A DNA stretch of 64,000 bases from NCBI GenBank assembly GCA_964566135.1, contig CAZMHM010000001.1, forward strand, positions 69,829 to 133,828. Reading direction: 5' to 3'. This document shows, one piece after another, positions 31,433-44,366 of this stretch. The notes below the pieces were generated by a model. The model made no database searches. It had not been told where the DNA came from and saw only the letters and a list, made by a program, of their open reading frames with translations. The position numbers and the translations under genes are program-made. The first letter of the stretch is position 1, and the number at the start of each line of letters is the position of its first letter. The DNA comes from an uncultured Candidatus Saccharibacteria bacterium. GTDB taxonomy: Bacteria > Patescibacteriota > Saccharimonadia > Saccharimonadales > CAIOMD01.

Positions 31433-32646
31433 CTTTTGGCCGCATAGTATCGGCCGAGCCATAATGACTTAAAGTCATCGAACGTGCCATCGATAATACT
31501 GAGCCGAATATCGTCGACAAGCTTCACAATAAAATGCTCGTTGTGGATTGTTGCAAGCGTCGCTGCAAGTCGTTCGCCTGCTCTAAAAAGGTGTGATAAG
31601 TACGCCTTTGTATAATTTTTACACGTGTAGCAATCACAGTCTTCAACAAGCGGAGAAAAATCTTCTGCATACTTTGCTTTTTTAACTGTAAACCTACCGT
31701 CTAACGTATATATCGAGCCATTACGCGCGACACGGGCAGGTGATACACAATCAAACGTATCCGCGCCATGTTCAATACCAATAAAGATATCATCAGGTTC
31801 ACTAAGCCCTAATAAATGCTTCGGTTTATCTTCAGGTAATATCTCATTGACCCATCGTACGATTGTGCCTAGATTTTCTTTTTCAAGTGCGCCACCAATA
31901 CCATATCCGTCAAATGGCAGGTTACCCATGAACGTCGCAGCTTCTTTGCGCAGACTTTCGTACTGTGCACCTTGTATCACGCCAAACAAGGCCTGGTACG
32001 GCTTACCCTTACGCCGTTTTGTAAGTTTGTCATGTTCATCAAGACAACGCAGAGCCCATTTGTGCGTTCGTTCTAATGATTCAACCTGATAGTAGTACGA
32101 TTGCATAATTGACGTGCATTCATCAAAAGCAAACATAATGTCTGCGCCAATGCCGTGTTGTATTTGCATTGATATCTCGGGTGTAAAACGGTGCGAACTG
32201 CCGTCGATATGTGATTTAAAGGTAACACCATCATCGTCGACGCGGGCAAGTCGTTCGCCTTTTTTTGCAACCGCCATGTGCGTATCGACACTTGAAGTAT
32301 CCATAGCAAGAACTTTCTTATAACCAACGCCAAGGCTCAGCACCTGAAAACCACCGCTATCAGTAAACGTCGGTTTGTGCCAATTCATAAAACTGTGTAG
32401 ACCGCCAGCCTTATCAATTGTTTCGTGTCCAGGCTGCAAATATAAATGGTATGCATTGGCAAGCACTGCCTGTGCGCCGGTTAGTTCAATTTGCTCAGGT
32501 GTAAGGGCTTTAATTGTTGCCTTAGTGCCAACAGCAATAAAAGCAGGTGTTTTAATATCACCATGCGGAGTATGAATGACCCCGGCCCGGCCAAGACCGT
32601 TTGGTAGCTTATGCTCAAGTGTAAAACTAAACTCTTTTTTCGACAT
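31429..32646 (-). CDS. tgt: tRNA-guanine transglycosylase (queuine tRNA-ribosyltransferase)
   Basis: LANAYHLYLQPG, FTDSGGFQV, FDECT and zinc motif CDCYTCKNYTKAYLSHL. Confidence 0.95.
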   Translation of the reverse strand: MSKKEFSFTLEHKLPNGLGRAGVIHTPHGDIKTPAFIAVGTKATIKALTPEQIELTGAQAVLANAYHLYLQPGHETIDKAGGLHSFMNWHKPTFTDSGGFQVLSLGVGYKKVLAMDTSSVDTHMAVAKKGERLARVDDDGVTFKSHIDGSSHRFTPEISMQIQHGIGADIMFAFDECTSIMQSYYYQVESLERTHKWALRCLDEHDKLTKRRKGKPYQALFGVIQGAQYESLRKEAATFMGNLPFDGYGIGGALEKENLGTIVRWVNEILPEDKPKHLLGLSEPDDIFIGIEHGADTFDCVSPARVARNGSIYTLDGRFTVKKAKYAEDFSPLVEDCDCYTCKNYTKAYLSHLFRAGERLAATLATIHNEHFIVKLVDDIRLSIIDGTFDDFKSLWLGRYYAAKS

Positions 32647-32663
32647 GCAAACTATATTGTAAA

Positions 32664-33248
32664 CTACTCACCACTGTTTTGCATCTGAGAAATGGCGTTT
32701 CTGCGAACCCATTCATACATAATGATGCCCGCAGCAACCCCAACATTTACCGAACGTGTCGAGCCAAACTGCTCAATCGCAATAATTTGCGTACAATTGT
32801 CTTGCATCTCATTTGAAAGGCCAGGGCCCTCTTGGCCAAAAACCAACACTGCATTTTGCGGCAAAGCAGATTGAGCTAGCGGAGTACTTGAGGCAATATT
32901 ATCAATACCAATAATAGCTAGTTTGGCATTCTTAACCCAATCGACAAACTCTGCGACAGACGAATGCTGAAAGACTTGCAAATATTTTTCAGTCGACATA
33001 GCACCACGCTTATTCCAATGTCGCTTGCCAATAATATGTACACTTGCAGCGTTAAATGCGTTTGCACTACGCACTATCGTACCGATATTAAAATCATGCT
33101 GATAATTTTCTATTGCCACATGAAAAGGGAAGGCAGTCTGCTGCATCTTGGCGGCAATTGCCTCTACCTTCCAGCCTTTAAACTCGTCTTTAACATTACG
33201 CGTATCAGTTTCTGGAGTCATCGCTTCGTCGTATTGGTCGTTAGTCAT
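32664..33248 (-). CDS. SpoU/TrmH-family RNA 2'-O-methyltransferase
   Basis: NIGTIVRSANAFNAASVHIIG, VLVFGQEGPGLS and SVNVGVAAGIIMYEW SpoU motifs. Confidence 0.8.
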   Translation of the reverse strand: MTNDQYDEAMTPETDTRNVKDEFKGWKVEAIAAKMQQTAFPFHVAIENYQHDFNIGTIVRSANAFNAASVHIIGKRHWNKRGAMSTEKYLQVFQHSSVAEFVDWVKNAKLAIIGIDNIASSTPLAQSALPQNAVLVFGQEGPGLSNEMQDNCTQIIAIEQFGSTRSVNVGVAAGIIMYEWVRRNAISQMQNSGE

Positions 33249-33333
33249 CTTTCCGCTATTATACGCGACATATGATGAGTACTGTTACTAGCGTCTACTT
33301 TAGTGCTACACTACTTTCAAATAAGGAGTTTGT

Positions 33334-34995
33334 ATGGCGAAAAAACCAAAGCAAAACCGTTTGCGGGGCTGGATAACGCTAAACTATACAGGATTGGTGT
33401 GTGGTCTAATCTTCTTCTACCTATCGTTTCTACCGTCATTATTACCACGTCCATGGTTATTCCAGGGACTCATCAGTGGCATTAGCCTAGCAGCTGGCTA
33501 TGGATTTGGTCTACTAGTTAGCAAAACAATTCGATGGATGTTGCAAAAAGAGTTTCCCGCCGCATATAAGCCGCTGGCCTGGAAGATACTTGCTGTCTTT
33601 GCGTTTCTCGTATTCGTCATATCTTTGGTACTCGGTGCAAAATGGCAAAACCAAGTACATCAACTTGTGGGCGAGCCACCGCTAGAAAGCATGCATGTTT
33701 TCAAACTAACACTGATAGCGCTCGTTACTGCAGTTGTGCTAGTGCTGATTGCACGGGGGATTCGCGCACTCTACCGATCTATATTTCACTTTTCGGCAAG
33801 ATTTATTCCACGAAACATAGGCAAAGTTATCGCCTATGCCTTTGTAGGTCTTTTGTTTTATTGGTTGCTAAGCGGTGTACTGTTTAATGCGTTTGTGACT
33901 GTCTCAAATAACATATATAGAAAAAAAGATAGCACTACCGCACCAGGAATTGCGCAGCCCACGAGTCCGTATCGTTCAGGTAGCCCAGAATCGCTGATAC
34001 CCTGGAATACCCTTGGCTATCAGGGAAGAAGTTTTGTGGCGCGTGGCCCAAATCAGGCGCAGTTGCAATCATATACCGGCGAGGCACCTACCGAGCAAAT
34101 TCGTACATACGTTGGTTTAGCTAGTGCATCTAACGCAACTGAACGTGCGAATCTAGCTGTCAAAGAACTTGAACGCACTAACGCTTTTAATCGTAAGGTA
34201 CTGATATTAGCAACCGTCACAGGTACGGGTTGGCTCGAGCCTCAATCGGTCGATTCACTTGAATATATGTATGGTGGCAATAGCGCTATCGTCGCGCAAC
34301 AATATTCGTATTTACCAAGTTGGATTTCGTTCTTAGTTGATAAACAAAATGCAACTGAAGCAGGGCAAGCACTGTATAACGCAGTGTACGCAAAGTGGGC
34401 AACCCTACCAAAAGAATCACGTCCTAAGTTAATTGCCTACGGCCTTAGTTTGGGATCTTTTGGTGGCCAAGCCGCATATACCGGGCCAAGCGATGTTGCA
34501 GCATCTATTAACGGTGCGCTATTTATGGGTACGCCAAACGACACAACAATGTGGCGAAACGTTACTGATAACAGGGATAAAGGCTCACCCGAATGGCAGC
34601 CAACATATCAACAGGGCACAACCGTACGATTTGCGGCATCAAACGAAGATATTCAAAAGAATCAGGCAAATTGGCAATTCCCGCGCGTACTATACATGCA
34701 GCATGCCTCAGACCCCGTTGTCTGGTTTAGCTTCAACCTACTCGCAAATGAGCCAGATTGGCTAGCAGAAACACGTGGCCCAGACGTGTCGCCCAACACG
34801 CATTGGTATCCATTTGTAACATTTCTACAAGTTACAGTAGACCAGTTTTTTGGTGTTAGTGTTCCAAATGGTCATGGGCATAATTATCCCAACACTATCG
34901 TAAGCGCATGGGGCGCTGTCGTACCGCCGGCGGGCTGGAATACAGATAAAGCTGCCAAACTACAGGCAATAATTAATACGTACAGTAACGAATAG
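33334..34995 (+). CDS. membrane-anchored alpha/beta-hydrolase family protein
   Basis: About 5 N-terminal TM helices then a large extracytoplasmic domain with nucleophile elbow GLSLGS; AAGGAG RBS. Confidence 0.5.
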   Translation: MAKKPKQNRLRGWITLNYTGLVCGLIFFYLSFLPSLLPRPWLFQGLISGISLAAGYGFGLLVSKTIRWMLQKEFPAAYKPLAWKILAVFAFLVFVISLVLGAKWQNQVHQLVGEPPLESMHVFKLTLIALVTAVVLVLIARGIRALYRSIFHFSARFIPRNIGKVIAYAFVGLLFYWLLSGVLFNAFVTVSNNIYRKKDSTTAPGIAQPTSPYRSGSPESLIPWNTLGYQGRSFVARGPNQAQLQSYTGEAPTEQIRTYVGLASASNATERANLAVKELERTNAFNRKVLILATVTGTGWLEPQSVDSLEYMYGGNSAIVAQQYSYLPSWISFLVDKQNATEAGQALYNAVYAKWATLPKESRPKLIAYGLSLGSFGGQAAYTGPSDVAASINGALFMGTPNDTTMWRNVTDNRDKGSPEWQPTYQQGTTVRFAASNEDIQKNQANWQFPRVLYMQHASDPVVWFSFNLLANEPDWLAETRGPDVSPNTHWYPFVTFLQVTVDQFFGVSVPNGHGHNYPNTIVSAWGAVVPPAGWNTDKAAKLQAIINTYSNE

Positions 34996-34997
34996 TC

Positions 34998-35174
34998 TTA
35001 TTCGCCAAAGTTTTGATACGCTTTGTATCCGGCCCATAGCCCGATAAAGCTTCCGAGCGCACCAAATAGGATGCTAACGACACTAAATGGGTCAACATGA
35101 AATAACCAAACAGGTAGGTATGAGCCAACGAGGCTGCCTACTGTTATTCCGCCATAGATAAAGAGCTTTCCCAT
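34998..35174 (-). CDS. small membrane protein (58 aa)
   Basis: Hand-translated MGKLFIYGGITVGSLVGSYLPVWLFHVDPFSVVSILFGALGSFIGLWAGYKAYQNFGE with two hydrophobic helices. Its ATG overlaps the stop of the upstream GT4 gene (TAATG). Confidence 0.45.
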   Translation of the reverse strand: MGKLFIYGGITVGSLVGSYLPVWLFHVDPFSVVSILFGALGSFIGLWAGYKAYQNFGE

Positions 35175-36277
35175 TAGCGATATAATTCGACGATTTGTGG
35201 GCCGACTTTGGCAACATCATATTGCTTAACGGCTTGTTTAGCCCAAGCTGCGGCAGCTTGCCGTGCTTGTTCGTGTTCTAAAAAGTACTGTAAGCGATTC
35301 GCAAAGCCCTTAGCGTCACGAGCATTAATGAGTAAATCAGGATGATCGCTGAGCACGCTTTGATAGCCAACATTATCTCCACCCAGTACAACACGTGCTC
35401 CGGCAGCCATCGCCTCTATCAGCACAATTCCAAAGCTCTCGCCACCAGTGCTGGGGAATACTGCAATATCGGCACTTGCGAGCAACGCCGGCTTTGCTTC
35501 TTCGCTGACAAAACCGGTAAACGAGACGTTCTTAATATGATGCTTGTTGGTATATGTCTCGAGCTTAGATAACAACGGTCCTTTGCCAGCAATTGTCACG
35601 GTGTACGCACCACTATATTGCTTTTGCAACAGAGCAAGCGCCTCTAGCAAATGCGCGCAACCTTTACGCTCTACAAGCCTACCCAAAAAAACAATATGAG
35701 CGACATCGTTATAGCTAGGCTCATGGCGCATAGTCTTGAGGTTGACGACGTTAGGAATAACTGTAGACTCAATTCCAAAAACAGTTTTGGCAAAGTTTTC
35801 TGCAGCTGGCGAAACGCAAAGTATGGTATGAAATTTCTTGAGCGTCCGTCTATTCAATAGCTCAAGACTGCGTGCCCCGGCACTATGTAGCCACGAAGCG
35901 GGTACGATATGAAATGTGCCGACAACTTTTGTGCTCGCTGGCGCCGCAGAAACAACGCGTCCTGCAAACATAGGGCTATATGGCATCTGAACATGCAAAA
36001 CATCGAGTTTAAGCTCAGCAAGTTTCGCGGCAATCATTTTTTTGTTTGTGGGCAGGGGAATACTAAGTCTATTTTTGTTAAATCGGACTTTTACGTTTCG
36101 AGCCATAGAGTGAACATTCGATATGTCATGCCTAATAGATTCACCCACCAGATAGTGCACATCATGCCCTTGGCTACTGAGCCACGAGCCGAGCGTTAGC
36201 ACATATTGTTGTACGCCATCAGGAGTATCAAGGGTATCATCGAGTACAAAACCAATTTTTAAAAAAGTTTTAGGCAT
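35174..36277 (-). CDS. GT4-family (GT-B fold) glycosyltransferase
   Basis: C-terminal FPSTGGESFGIVLIEAMAAGARVV (EX7E-type motif) and N-terminal GGVQQY-like motif. Confidence 0.8.
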   Translation of the reverse strand: MPKTFLKIGFVLDDTLDTPDGVQQYVLTLGSWLSSQGHDVHYLVGESIRHDISNVHSMARNVKVRFNKNRLSIPLPTNKKMIAAKLAELKLDVLHVQMPYSPMFAGRVVSAAPASTKVVGTFHIVPASWLHSAGARSLELLNRRTLKKFHTILCVSPAAENFAKTVFGIESTVIPNVVNLKTMRHEPSYNDVAHIVFLGRLVERKGCAHLLEALALLQKQYSGAYTVTIAGKGPLLSKLETYTNKHHIKNVSFTGFVSEEAKPALLASADIAVFPSTGGESFGIVLIEAMAAGARVVLGGDNVGYQSVLSDHPDLLINARDAKGFANRLQYFLEHEQARQAAAAWAKQAVKQYDVAKVGPQIVELYR

Positions 36278-37394
36278 GTACCTTTAGCGCTTGTTTATAT
36301 ACCGCTTCGTACGCGTCAGCAATTCTATCAAACTGGTATTGTGCAACATGCTCTTGTGCCCAAGTACGCCATAAATCTCTAATCGCTTCATCATATAAAA
36401 GCAGCTCTAGCCTTTGAGCGAAGTCATCAATACTTTTAGGATTAACAAGGCTTAATCGGCCACGGCCTGTCATAACGCTTGCATAGCCAGCATTGTTGCC
36501 AGCCACAACTGGCGTACCGACTGCCATTGCTTCGAGCAGTACTATTCCAAAGCTCTCACCGTACAACGCAGGCGAGCAATATATATCGGCATCTGCTAAA
36601 AGTGCGACTTTTTCTTCTTCGGGGATAAAACCCGCAAAGGTAACATCTGGTAACTCGTATTGTTCGACGTACTTTTCTAGCGATTTTCGTTTTACGCCAC
36701 TACCGGCAACAACTAATTGCACATCATCGTGCGTTTCACGCAGGCGCGCATAAGCTTGTAATAAATAATCAACGCCTTTGCGCTTTTCGAGACGCCCTAG
36801 ATACAAAATCGTCTTTTTTGCTGCTGTGTGTTGAGCTTCGCTTTCGACAAATCTTGTCAAATCAACGCCGTTTGGAACGATTTCAACGGGCTCAGATGTC
36901 ATACTGCGTACATATTCAGCTGCAGAGTCAGAAACGGCTGTATAGGCGTGCAGATAGCTCAGAACAGACCTTGTATACGGCACAACTACGTTCAAAAGAG
37001 ATTTACTCATAATAGTTGCCGGTGGTGTCGCATGAAAGGTGGCAACATTAATCGAGGTAGACCTACTGAGTATCTGGCGAGAAAGCAATGGCACCCATGG
37101 TTCATGGAAATGTAAAACATCAAATTGTTCGGTATCTAAAATAGCTTGAATTTCATCACCATCAGCCTCAAAACCAAAATCAACCATCGTTGCAAATGGC
37201 GTATTCATCTTGGCACTTCGGCCAACAAGAATCATATCTTTTGGTGGGTTATCTAAATGCGCCCGCGGACGAGGCGTAATAATTTTTACGTCGTGGCCTT
37301 TAGCTTGCAGACTCTTTTGAAGTTGGACGACAATTTCTTGTACTCCACCAGCAAACTGGAACATATTGTATGGGCAAACGAGGCCTATTTTCAT
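36270..37394 (-). CDS. GT4-family (GT-B fold) glycosyltransferase
   Basis: GGVQEIV near the N-terminus and SPALYGESFGIVLLEAMAVGTPVV; overlaps the downstream GT4 gene by 8 nt. Confidence 0.8.
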   Translation of the reverse strand: MKIGLVCPYNMFQFAGGVQEIVVQLQKSLQAKGHDVKIITPRPRAHLDNPPKDMILVGRSAKMNTPFATMVDFGFEADGDEIQAILDTEQFDVLHFHEPWVPLLSRQILSRSTSINVATFHATPPATIMSKSLLNVVVPYTRSVLSYLHAYTAVSDSAAEYVRSMTSEPVEIVPNGVDLTRFVESEAQHTAAKKTILYLGRLEKRKGVDYLLQAYARLRETHDDVQLVVAGSGVKRKSLEKYVEQYELPDVTFAGFIPEEEKVALLADADIYCSPALYGESFGIVLLEAMAVGTPVVAGNNAGYASVMTGRGRLSLVNPKSIDDFAQRLELLLYDEAIRDLWRTWAQEHVAQYQFDRIADAYEAVYKQALKVHA

Positions 37395-37406
37395 AGTGTT
37401 AGTATA

Positions 37407-38351
37407 TCATTTACGCGCTTTAGGTTTCTTTAACAGTATCTTTCGGAGCTGTGGTGGAATAAATCCGGCTGCATCTTTAACATCGCTTATGACAGTAGGG
37501 GCATGATTGGCAATATGTGCCTTATAAATTGTTACGTTGTTATAGACCATAGCAAGATGCTTCTTTACTCTGCGATTATCAAAATACTGATCAGCATCAA
37601 CAGCAATATGAACAACAGGTAGGTCAATTTGCGTGTTTGTCATATCAATCCCCAAAAACACGACTGAAGTGTACATGTATGTCCGTACATCGTTGGCGTG
37701 CCACAAAAAAACTTCAAAATTAAGCCGTGTCGCAAGCTCATCGGGGCTCGCACCCTTCATTTTTGGGTGACTATTTGCTTGAAGCCTGTAGATAGTCTTA
37801 AGAACAAATGGCTGTAATACTGTGTAGCGCACAAAACCCGCCATTATTGCGGTGGAACAAACCCTAGCGAGGTTCTTATAAACAAGTTGTCTGCGCTTAG
37901 ACAGCGTGAAATCTTCATGGTGCATAAATCCGACCATGCTTATCAAAAGCTCAACTTGTTTAGTCATTTCTGGGTACTTTTGTAGCATTCGTGTCACTAC
38001 CAAAAAGCCATAACTCATCCCACCAATGACTATCGGACGCTTTTTAAAGCGCAACTTAATAAATGTAGCTAAGTAATCTGCCATTGCATCAAGCGTTGGC
38101 TTTTCGTGTAAATGATAAAAGCTATCCATACCACCAAAGCCGGGTAAATCCGGGATTGTCACAGACCCAAACTCGGCAAGATTGGCTGCAATCGCATACA
38201 TGCGTTCGAGCGCTGAATGATGACCATACACAAGCAATATCTCTTTATGCTTGTTCTTTTTTTGCGCAGGAATATGCATGACTCGTCCATGCAAGCCATT
38301 AATAACCAGTGGCGCGATAAAATCGGCCGGTGTATGTTCGGAAATTTTCAT
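37407..38351 (-). CDS. alpha/beta hydrolase
   Basis: LLVYGHHS oxyanion region and GMSYG nucleophile elbow. Confidence 0.6.
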   Translation of the reverse strand: MKISEHTPADFIAPLVINGLHGRVMHIPAQKKNKHKEILLVYGHHSALERMYAIAANLAEFGSVTIPDLPGFGGMDSFYHLHEKPTLDAMADYLATFIKLRFKKRPIVIGGMSYGFLVVTRMLQKYPEMTKQVELLISMVGFMHHEDFTLSKRRQLVYKNLARVCSTAIMAGFVRYTVLQPFVLKTIYRLQANSHPKMKGASPDELATRLNFEVFLWHANDVRTYMYTSVVFLGIDMTNTQIDLPVVHIAVDADQYFDNRRVKKHLAMVYNNVTIYKAHIANHAPTVISDVKDAAGFIPPQLRKILLKKPKARK

Positions 38352-38390
38352 ACGTTCTTATCTGTTGTTATAGCAGATTTTAGACAAAAT

Positions 38391-38424
38391 AAAAAGTGGC
38401 CGCGCGTAGGTTTGGCCACTTTTT
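38391..38424 (-). terminator. intrinsic terminator after 38435..39067
   Basis: AGTGGCC/GGCCACT stem with A-run and T-run on either side; on the minus strand it is followed by TTTTTATTTT. Confidence 0.65.
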
Positions 38425-38434
38425 AAGGGGTCAA

Positions 38435-39067
38435 CTAGTTCGTTTTTGTGGTAGTCGTATTAGTTGTCGTAGTCGTTGTAGTTGGTGCAGGTGGAATAGT
38501 TATACTTGCACACGCAGTACCACAAGTTGTCTTAAGCTTTGTAGCAGTTTCAGTGAGAGTCTTGATATATGCGCTTTGCGTATCAATTGTCTTTTGCAAA
38601 GCTGCATTCTGTGTCTTAAGGTCTGAGATTTGCTTGTTCAAGTCAGCAATCTGTTGTTGAGTTGCAGATTGTTGAGTAGCAGCTGTCTGTGCTGCAAGCT
38701 CTTTTTGGACTTGAGCTGTCTTCGCGTTTGCCGCATCGAGATCCTTTTGAGCTTGATTAGACTGGTAGAAATAGACTCCAGCTGCTGCTGCGCCTGCGAA
38801 AAGAACAACGAGCAAGACAACAAGCCATACAGCCATGCCTTTTTTCTGCTCTTTAAGTTTGGCAACTTCAACTTCGTGAGCAGGCGCAGGTGTGCTTTGC
38901 TCGGCAGAAGCATCAGAACTTGCTGCTGGTGTGTCGGTAGTTTCAGCTGGTGCTGGCGTCGCCTCTGGGCGTGGATTCGTAACAAATCCATCAACATTAG
39001 ATACTGGTGCTTGCGTCTCAGTTGGCTTTACGCCATCGACGTTTTGATTCTGGTCGTTTCCGTCCAT
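38435..39067 (-). CDS. hypothetical single-pass membrane protein with coiled-coil ectodomain and poly-Thr C-terminus
   Basis: Pro/Thr/Ala-rich N-terminus, TM helix MAVWLVVLLVVLFAGAAAAGVYF, Gln/Ala coiled coil, and C-terminal PPAPTTTTTTTNTTTTKTN. Confidence 0.5.
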   Translation of the reverse strand: MDGNDQNQNVDGVKPTETQAPVSNVDGFVTNPRPEATPAPAETTDTPAASSDASAEQSTPAPAHEVEVAKLKEQKKGMAVWLVVLLVVLFAGAAAAGVYFYQSNQAQKDLDAANAKTAQVQKELAAQTAATQQSATQQQIADLNKQISDLKTQNAALQKTIDTQSAYIKTLTETATKLKTTCGTACASITIPPAPTTTTTTTNTTTTKTN

Positions 39068-39169
39068 ATGTAATTATCCCCTCGCTTTTTTACTAGTTAA
39101 GGTTAGTATACCTCAAAAGTGCTTATGGCAACAGTTATTTACAACAATTTTTGTGCAAAATCGTGCAGC

Positions 39170-39607
39170 TTAATCTTCGGGTTTGATGCCTTGGTGCGAT
39201 TTCGAGCGATGACGACGAATCCGAACGACTTCTAGCCTAATAGCGTGACGATCCACAAGCTGTTGCGCACGATGTAATTCGCCTTTATCGCGCACGCCTT
39301 CTTTTGCTGCTTTTGCACGAGCAAGTGCTTCAACAATTTCTGCTTCAACTAAGTCATCGGCATGTTCTGCTTCGTCAGCTAGTAAGCGTACACGATTATC
39401 GATAACTTCAACAATCCCACCAAATGTTGCAAAGAGCTCTTCGGATTTTCCTTTTGACCGTACGGTAACTGGGCCAGGTGACACTATGGCGGTAAATGGT
39501 TCGTGATGCGGCAAGATAGCTAAACTACCCTCAGGCGTCTTTAATGATACCTCGGCAATTTCGCCAGTATACTTTGCACCTGTAAGCGTTAAAAGCTCAA
39601 ATTGCAT
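39170..39607 (-). CDS. atpC: F0F1 ATP synthase subunit epsilon
   Basis: Position after atpD; N-terminal beta-sandwich pattern with GSLAILPHHEP. Confidence 0.85.
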   Translation of the reverse strand: MQFELLTLTGAKYTGEIAEVSLKTPEGSLAILPHHEPFTAIVSPGPVTVRSKGKSEELFATFGGIVEVIDNRVRLLADEAEHADDLVEAEIVEALARAKAAKEGVRDKGELHRAQQLVDRHAIRLEVVRIRRHRSKSHQGIKPED

Positions 39608-39609
39608 TG

Positions 39610-41579
<1,970 letters not shown>

Positions 41580-41583
41580 GTAG

Positions 41584-42432
41584 TTATCCGTTAATTGCCT
41601 CAGCGCCAGCGGTAATTTCGGCAAGTTCTTGCGTAATCGCTGCTTGGCGAGCGTTGTTAAATGCTAAGGTCAAATCCTCAATTAGCTCTGTTGCGTTATC
41701 GGTTGCGTTCTTCATCGCCAGCATACGTGAAGCTTGCTCGCTTGCCTGTGATTCTAAGATTGCCTGCAAAACCTGCGCTTCTAAAAGGCGTTTTATTGCT
41801 AAATCAAGTAAGATTTCAGGCTCAGGCTCGTACGTGCGGCTTGCCCGGCCAGTAGCAGTGGCAACAACTGGCAGAAGCTGCTCAACTTGGACCTCTTGGT
41901 GTACGGTGCTCATAAATTTGGTATATACCAAGTGAACAACGTCGACCTTACCAGTCACAAAAAGTTCAAGCGCTTCGCGTAGTGCCGGCTGGGCAATCGC
42001 AACATCAGCATTTGCAGCATCCATATCGTACGCTGCGAGCTCGTCAAGGTTTTGCATACGCGCCACATGCTGTGCGGCATACTTACCAATTGCGATAATC
42101 TGCTGTGGAACACCAAACTCTAAAGCATGCTTTGATAGTGCTCGGTTAACATTACTGTTATAAGCACCAGCTAACCCTTTATCGCTCGTAATGGTAATAG
42201 TAAGGGCATTTTTTACCTTACGTACTTCAAACAGGGGATGGTATTGTGCCTCGGGCGTACCGGCAAGTGATGCAAGGATTTCTTGCGCGGCTGCAATATA
42301 GGCTTTTGGACCAAGCGCAGCATCTTGAGCACGGCGAAGCTTACTTGCAGCAACAAGCTGCATAGCTTTCGTAATCTGTTTTGTATTACTAACAGATTTA
42401 ATTCGATGCTTGATGCCTTGCAGTGCAGCCAT
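41584..42432 (-). CDS. atpG: F0F1 ATP synthase subunit gamma
   Basis: N-terminal IKHRIKSVSNTKQITKAMQLVAASKLRRAQ and C-terminal ARQAAITQELAEI. Confidence 0.95.
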   Translation of the reverse strand: MAALQGIKHRIKSVSNTKQITKAMQLVAASKLRRAQDAALGPKAYIAAAQEILASLAGTPEAQYHPLFEVRKVKNALTITITSDKGLAGAYNSNVNRALSKHALEFGVPQQIIAIGKYAAQHVARMQNLDELAAYDMDAANADVAIAQPALREALELFVTGKVDVVHLVYTKFMSTVHQEVQVEQLLPVVATATGRASRTYEPEPEILLDLAIKRLLEAQVLQAILESQASEQASRMLAMKNATDNATELIEDLTLAFNNARQAAITQELAEITAGAEAING

Positions 42433-42435
42433 AGA

Positions 42436-43980
42436 TTATTTGCGAGCCTTTTCAGTGCCGAATGTCTTTGCGACAGCAGCAGCTTCTTTAACAATTGTAT
42501 CGATGTCAGCATCTTCGGGCTTAACACCTTCATCTAGGCTGGCATACAACTTGGCGTGCGATTTCTTAACAGCAGCAATAACGCGGTGTACTGCGCTTTC
42601 TACATCATGGTTTGTTAAGTGGTCAAATGCACCCTTTGTTGCAGCAATCAGCGCAATCACTTGTTCGGCAACACTCAGTGGCTGGTACTGCTTTTGCTTG
42701 AGTACTTCAGTTAGCAAGCGGCCACGGGCAATACGTTGCTTCGTATCTTCGTCAAGGTCGCTCGCAAATTGTGCAAAGCTTGCAAGCTCACGGAACTGGG
42801 CAAGTTCAAGGCGCAACGTACCGGCCACACTCTTGGTTGCTTTGGTCTGCGCAGCTCCACCAACACGACTCACGCTAAGACCAACCGAAATAGCCGGGCG
42901 AATACCTTGATAAAATAGGTTCGTTTCAAGATAAATCTGGCCATCGGTAATACTAATAACGTTCGTTGGAATATACGCACTCACGTCACCAGCTTGTGTC
43001 TCGATGATAGGCAGGGCAGTTAGACTTCCCGCACCAAGTTCATCAGATAATTTAGCCGCACGCTCCAATAAACGGGAGTGCAAGTAGAACACATCACCCG
43101 GATACGCTTCGCGACCTGGTGGGCGACGCAGTAGTAATGACATCTGGCGATACGCAACAGCATGCTTAGAAAGATCATCATAAATAATCAGCGCATGGCC
43201 TTTGTTGTCCCGGAAATACTCGCCCATTGCCGTACCAGCATATGGCGCAAGATACAAAAGGCTAGCGGGGTCAGCGGGGCTGGTCGCTACAACAATTGTT
43301 TGATCCATAACACCTTCGGTCTTAAGTCGCTCAACTAATGCAGCAACCTTGGCGCTTTTTTGTCCGATAGCAACATAAATGTTAACAACGCCAGTTTTTT
43401 GGCGAGCTTGGTTAATCATCGTATCAATAGCAATGGCTGTTTTACCAGTTTGGCGGTCACCAATAATAAGTTCACGTTGACCACGGCCAATTGGCACCAT
43501 CGTATCAATGGCGATAATACCGGTTGCAAGCGGTTCGTGCACGCCCTTACGAGCCATAACTCCTGGGGCAGGACGCTCAATAAGGCCAGTTTTCTTAGTC
43601 TTGATAGGGCCAAGGCCATCAATAGGGCGGCCGAGGGGGTCAACGACACGGCCAACAAGCTCAGGGCCAACAGGAACCTCAAGTGTCGTGCCAGTAAGCG
43701 TAACGCGCGCACCCGCGCTAACACCGATTTCGCTATCAAGCAGCACTGCACCAATTTCATCTTCATATAAGTTTAGGGCAAATGCGCGAGCAGGGGCGCC
43801 ATCTGTTGTTTCAATTTCAAGTACATCACTAAAACCACAATCTCGTAAGCCATATACCCAAACAATGCCATCGCTAACACGGGTGACGACACCAGATTGT
43901 TCTAGCTTTGCACCTTGGCCAAGGCCACTTATCGCTGCTTCGAGCTCTTGGCTCAAAGCCTTAACATTTAAATCACTCAT
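42436..43980 (-). CDS. atpA: F0F1 ATP synthase subunit alpha
   Basis: [10 protein letters not shown]-loop, [31 protein letters not shown]. Confidence 0.97.
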   Translation of the reverse strand: MSDLNVKALSQELEAAISGLGQGAKLEQSGVVTRVSDGIVWVYGLRDCGFSDVLEIETTDGAPARAFALNLYEDEIGAVLLDSEIGVSAGARVTLTGTTLEVPVGPELVGRVVDPLGRPIDGLGPIKTKKTGLIERPAPGVMARKGVHEPLATGIIAIDTMVPIGRGQRELIIGDRQTGKTAIAIDTMINQARQKTGVVNIYVAIGQKSAKVAALVERLKTEGVMDQTIVVATSPADPASLLYLAPYAGTAMGEYFRDNKGHALIIYDDLSKHAVAYRQMSLLLRRPPGREAYPGDVFYLHSRLLERAAKLSDELGAGSLTALPIIETQAGDVSAYIPTNVISITDGQIYLETNLFYQGIRPAISVGLSVSRVGGAAQTKATKSVAGTLRLELAQFRELASFAQFASDLDEDTKQRIARGRLLTEVLKQKQYQPLSVAEQVIALIAATKGAFDHLTNHDVESAVHRVIAAVKKSHAKLYASLDEGVKPEDADIDTIVKEAAAVAKTFGTEKARK

Positions 43981-44366
43981 CGGCTTGCTCCTTCAACAAT
44001 TTTCGCGAGGCGCGCTCGTACACTCGCATCCAACGTTCCGTAGGGTGTATGCACCAGCACACCTCCAATTAGTTTGTCATCAATCAAAAACTCACACTCA
44101 ATCTTAGTTGCACCAGTAGAGGCCGAAATATACGATTCTAGTTCTTTCTTTGTTTCGGCAGAAACAGGTCGCGCCGTCGTTAGCTGCGCAAAAACATAGC
44201 CACTATCGGCCAACGCTACCGCAACATCTTGCGCCAAATACGTAGCTTGTCGCGATTTGCCGTGTTCTTTAAGCCAAGCTGCAGCTTCTTTAGTAACCAT
44301 TGCTCTATCGCCACCATTTTGTAGGCTCGAGGCAATGTAGCGGGCGATTGCAGTGCGAGAAGTCAT
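43977..44366 (-). CDS. atpH: F0F1 ATP synthase subunit delta (short, 129 aa)
   Basis: Position between atpF and atpA; C-terminal [29 protein letters not shown] matches the OSCP/delta C-terminal motif. Confidence 0.75.
   Translation of the reverse strand: MTSRTAIARYIASSLQNGGDRAMVTKEAAAWLKEHGKSRQATYLAQDVAVALADSGYVFAQLTTARPVSAETKKELESYISASTGATKIECEFLIDDKLIGGVLVHTPYGTLDASVRARLAKIVEGASR

Noticed and set aside
38448-39073. Plus-strand ORFs opposite the poly-Thr/coiled-coil gene, and the poly-Thr tract as a simple-sequence contingency repeat
   Set aside because: The plus-strand ORFs are Val/Cys/Leu-rich antisense artefacts. The Thr tract uses mixed ACN codons rather than a perfect tandem repeat, so slipped-strand phase variation is unlikely.
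41580-41624. TTG start at 41624 for the atp-embedded ORF (would overlap atpG by 41 nt)
   Set aside because: ATG at 41579 sits 4 nt after the atpG stop and avoids a long overlap; the upstream extension has no supporting signal.
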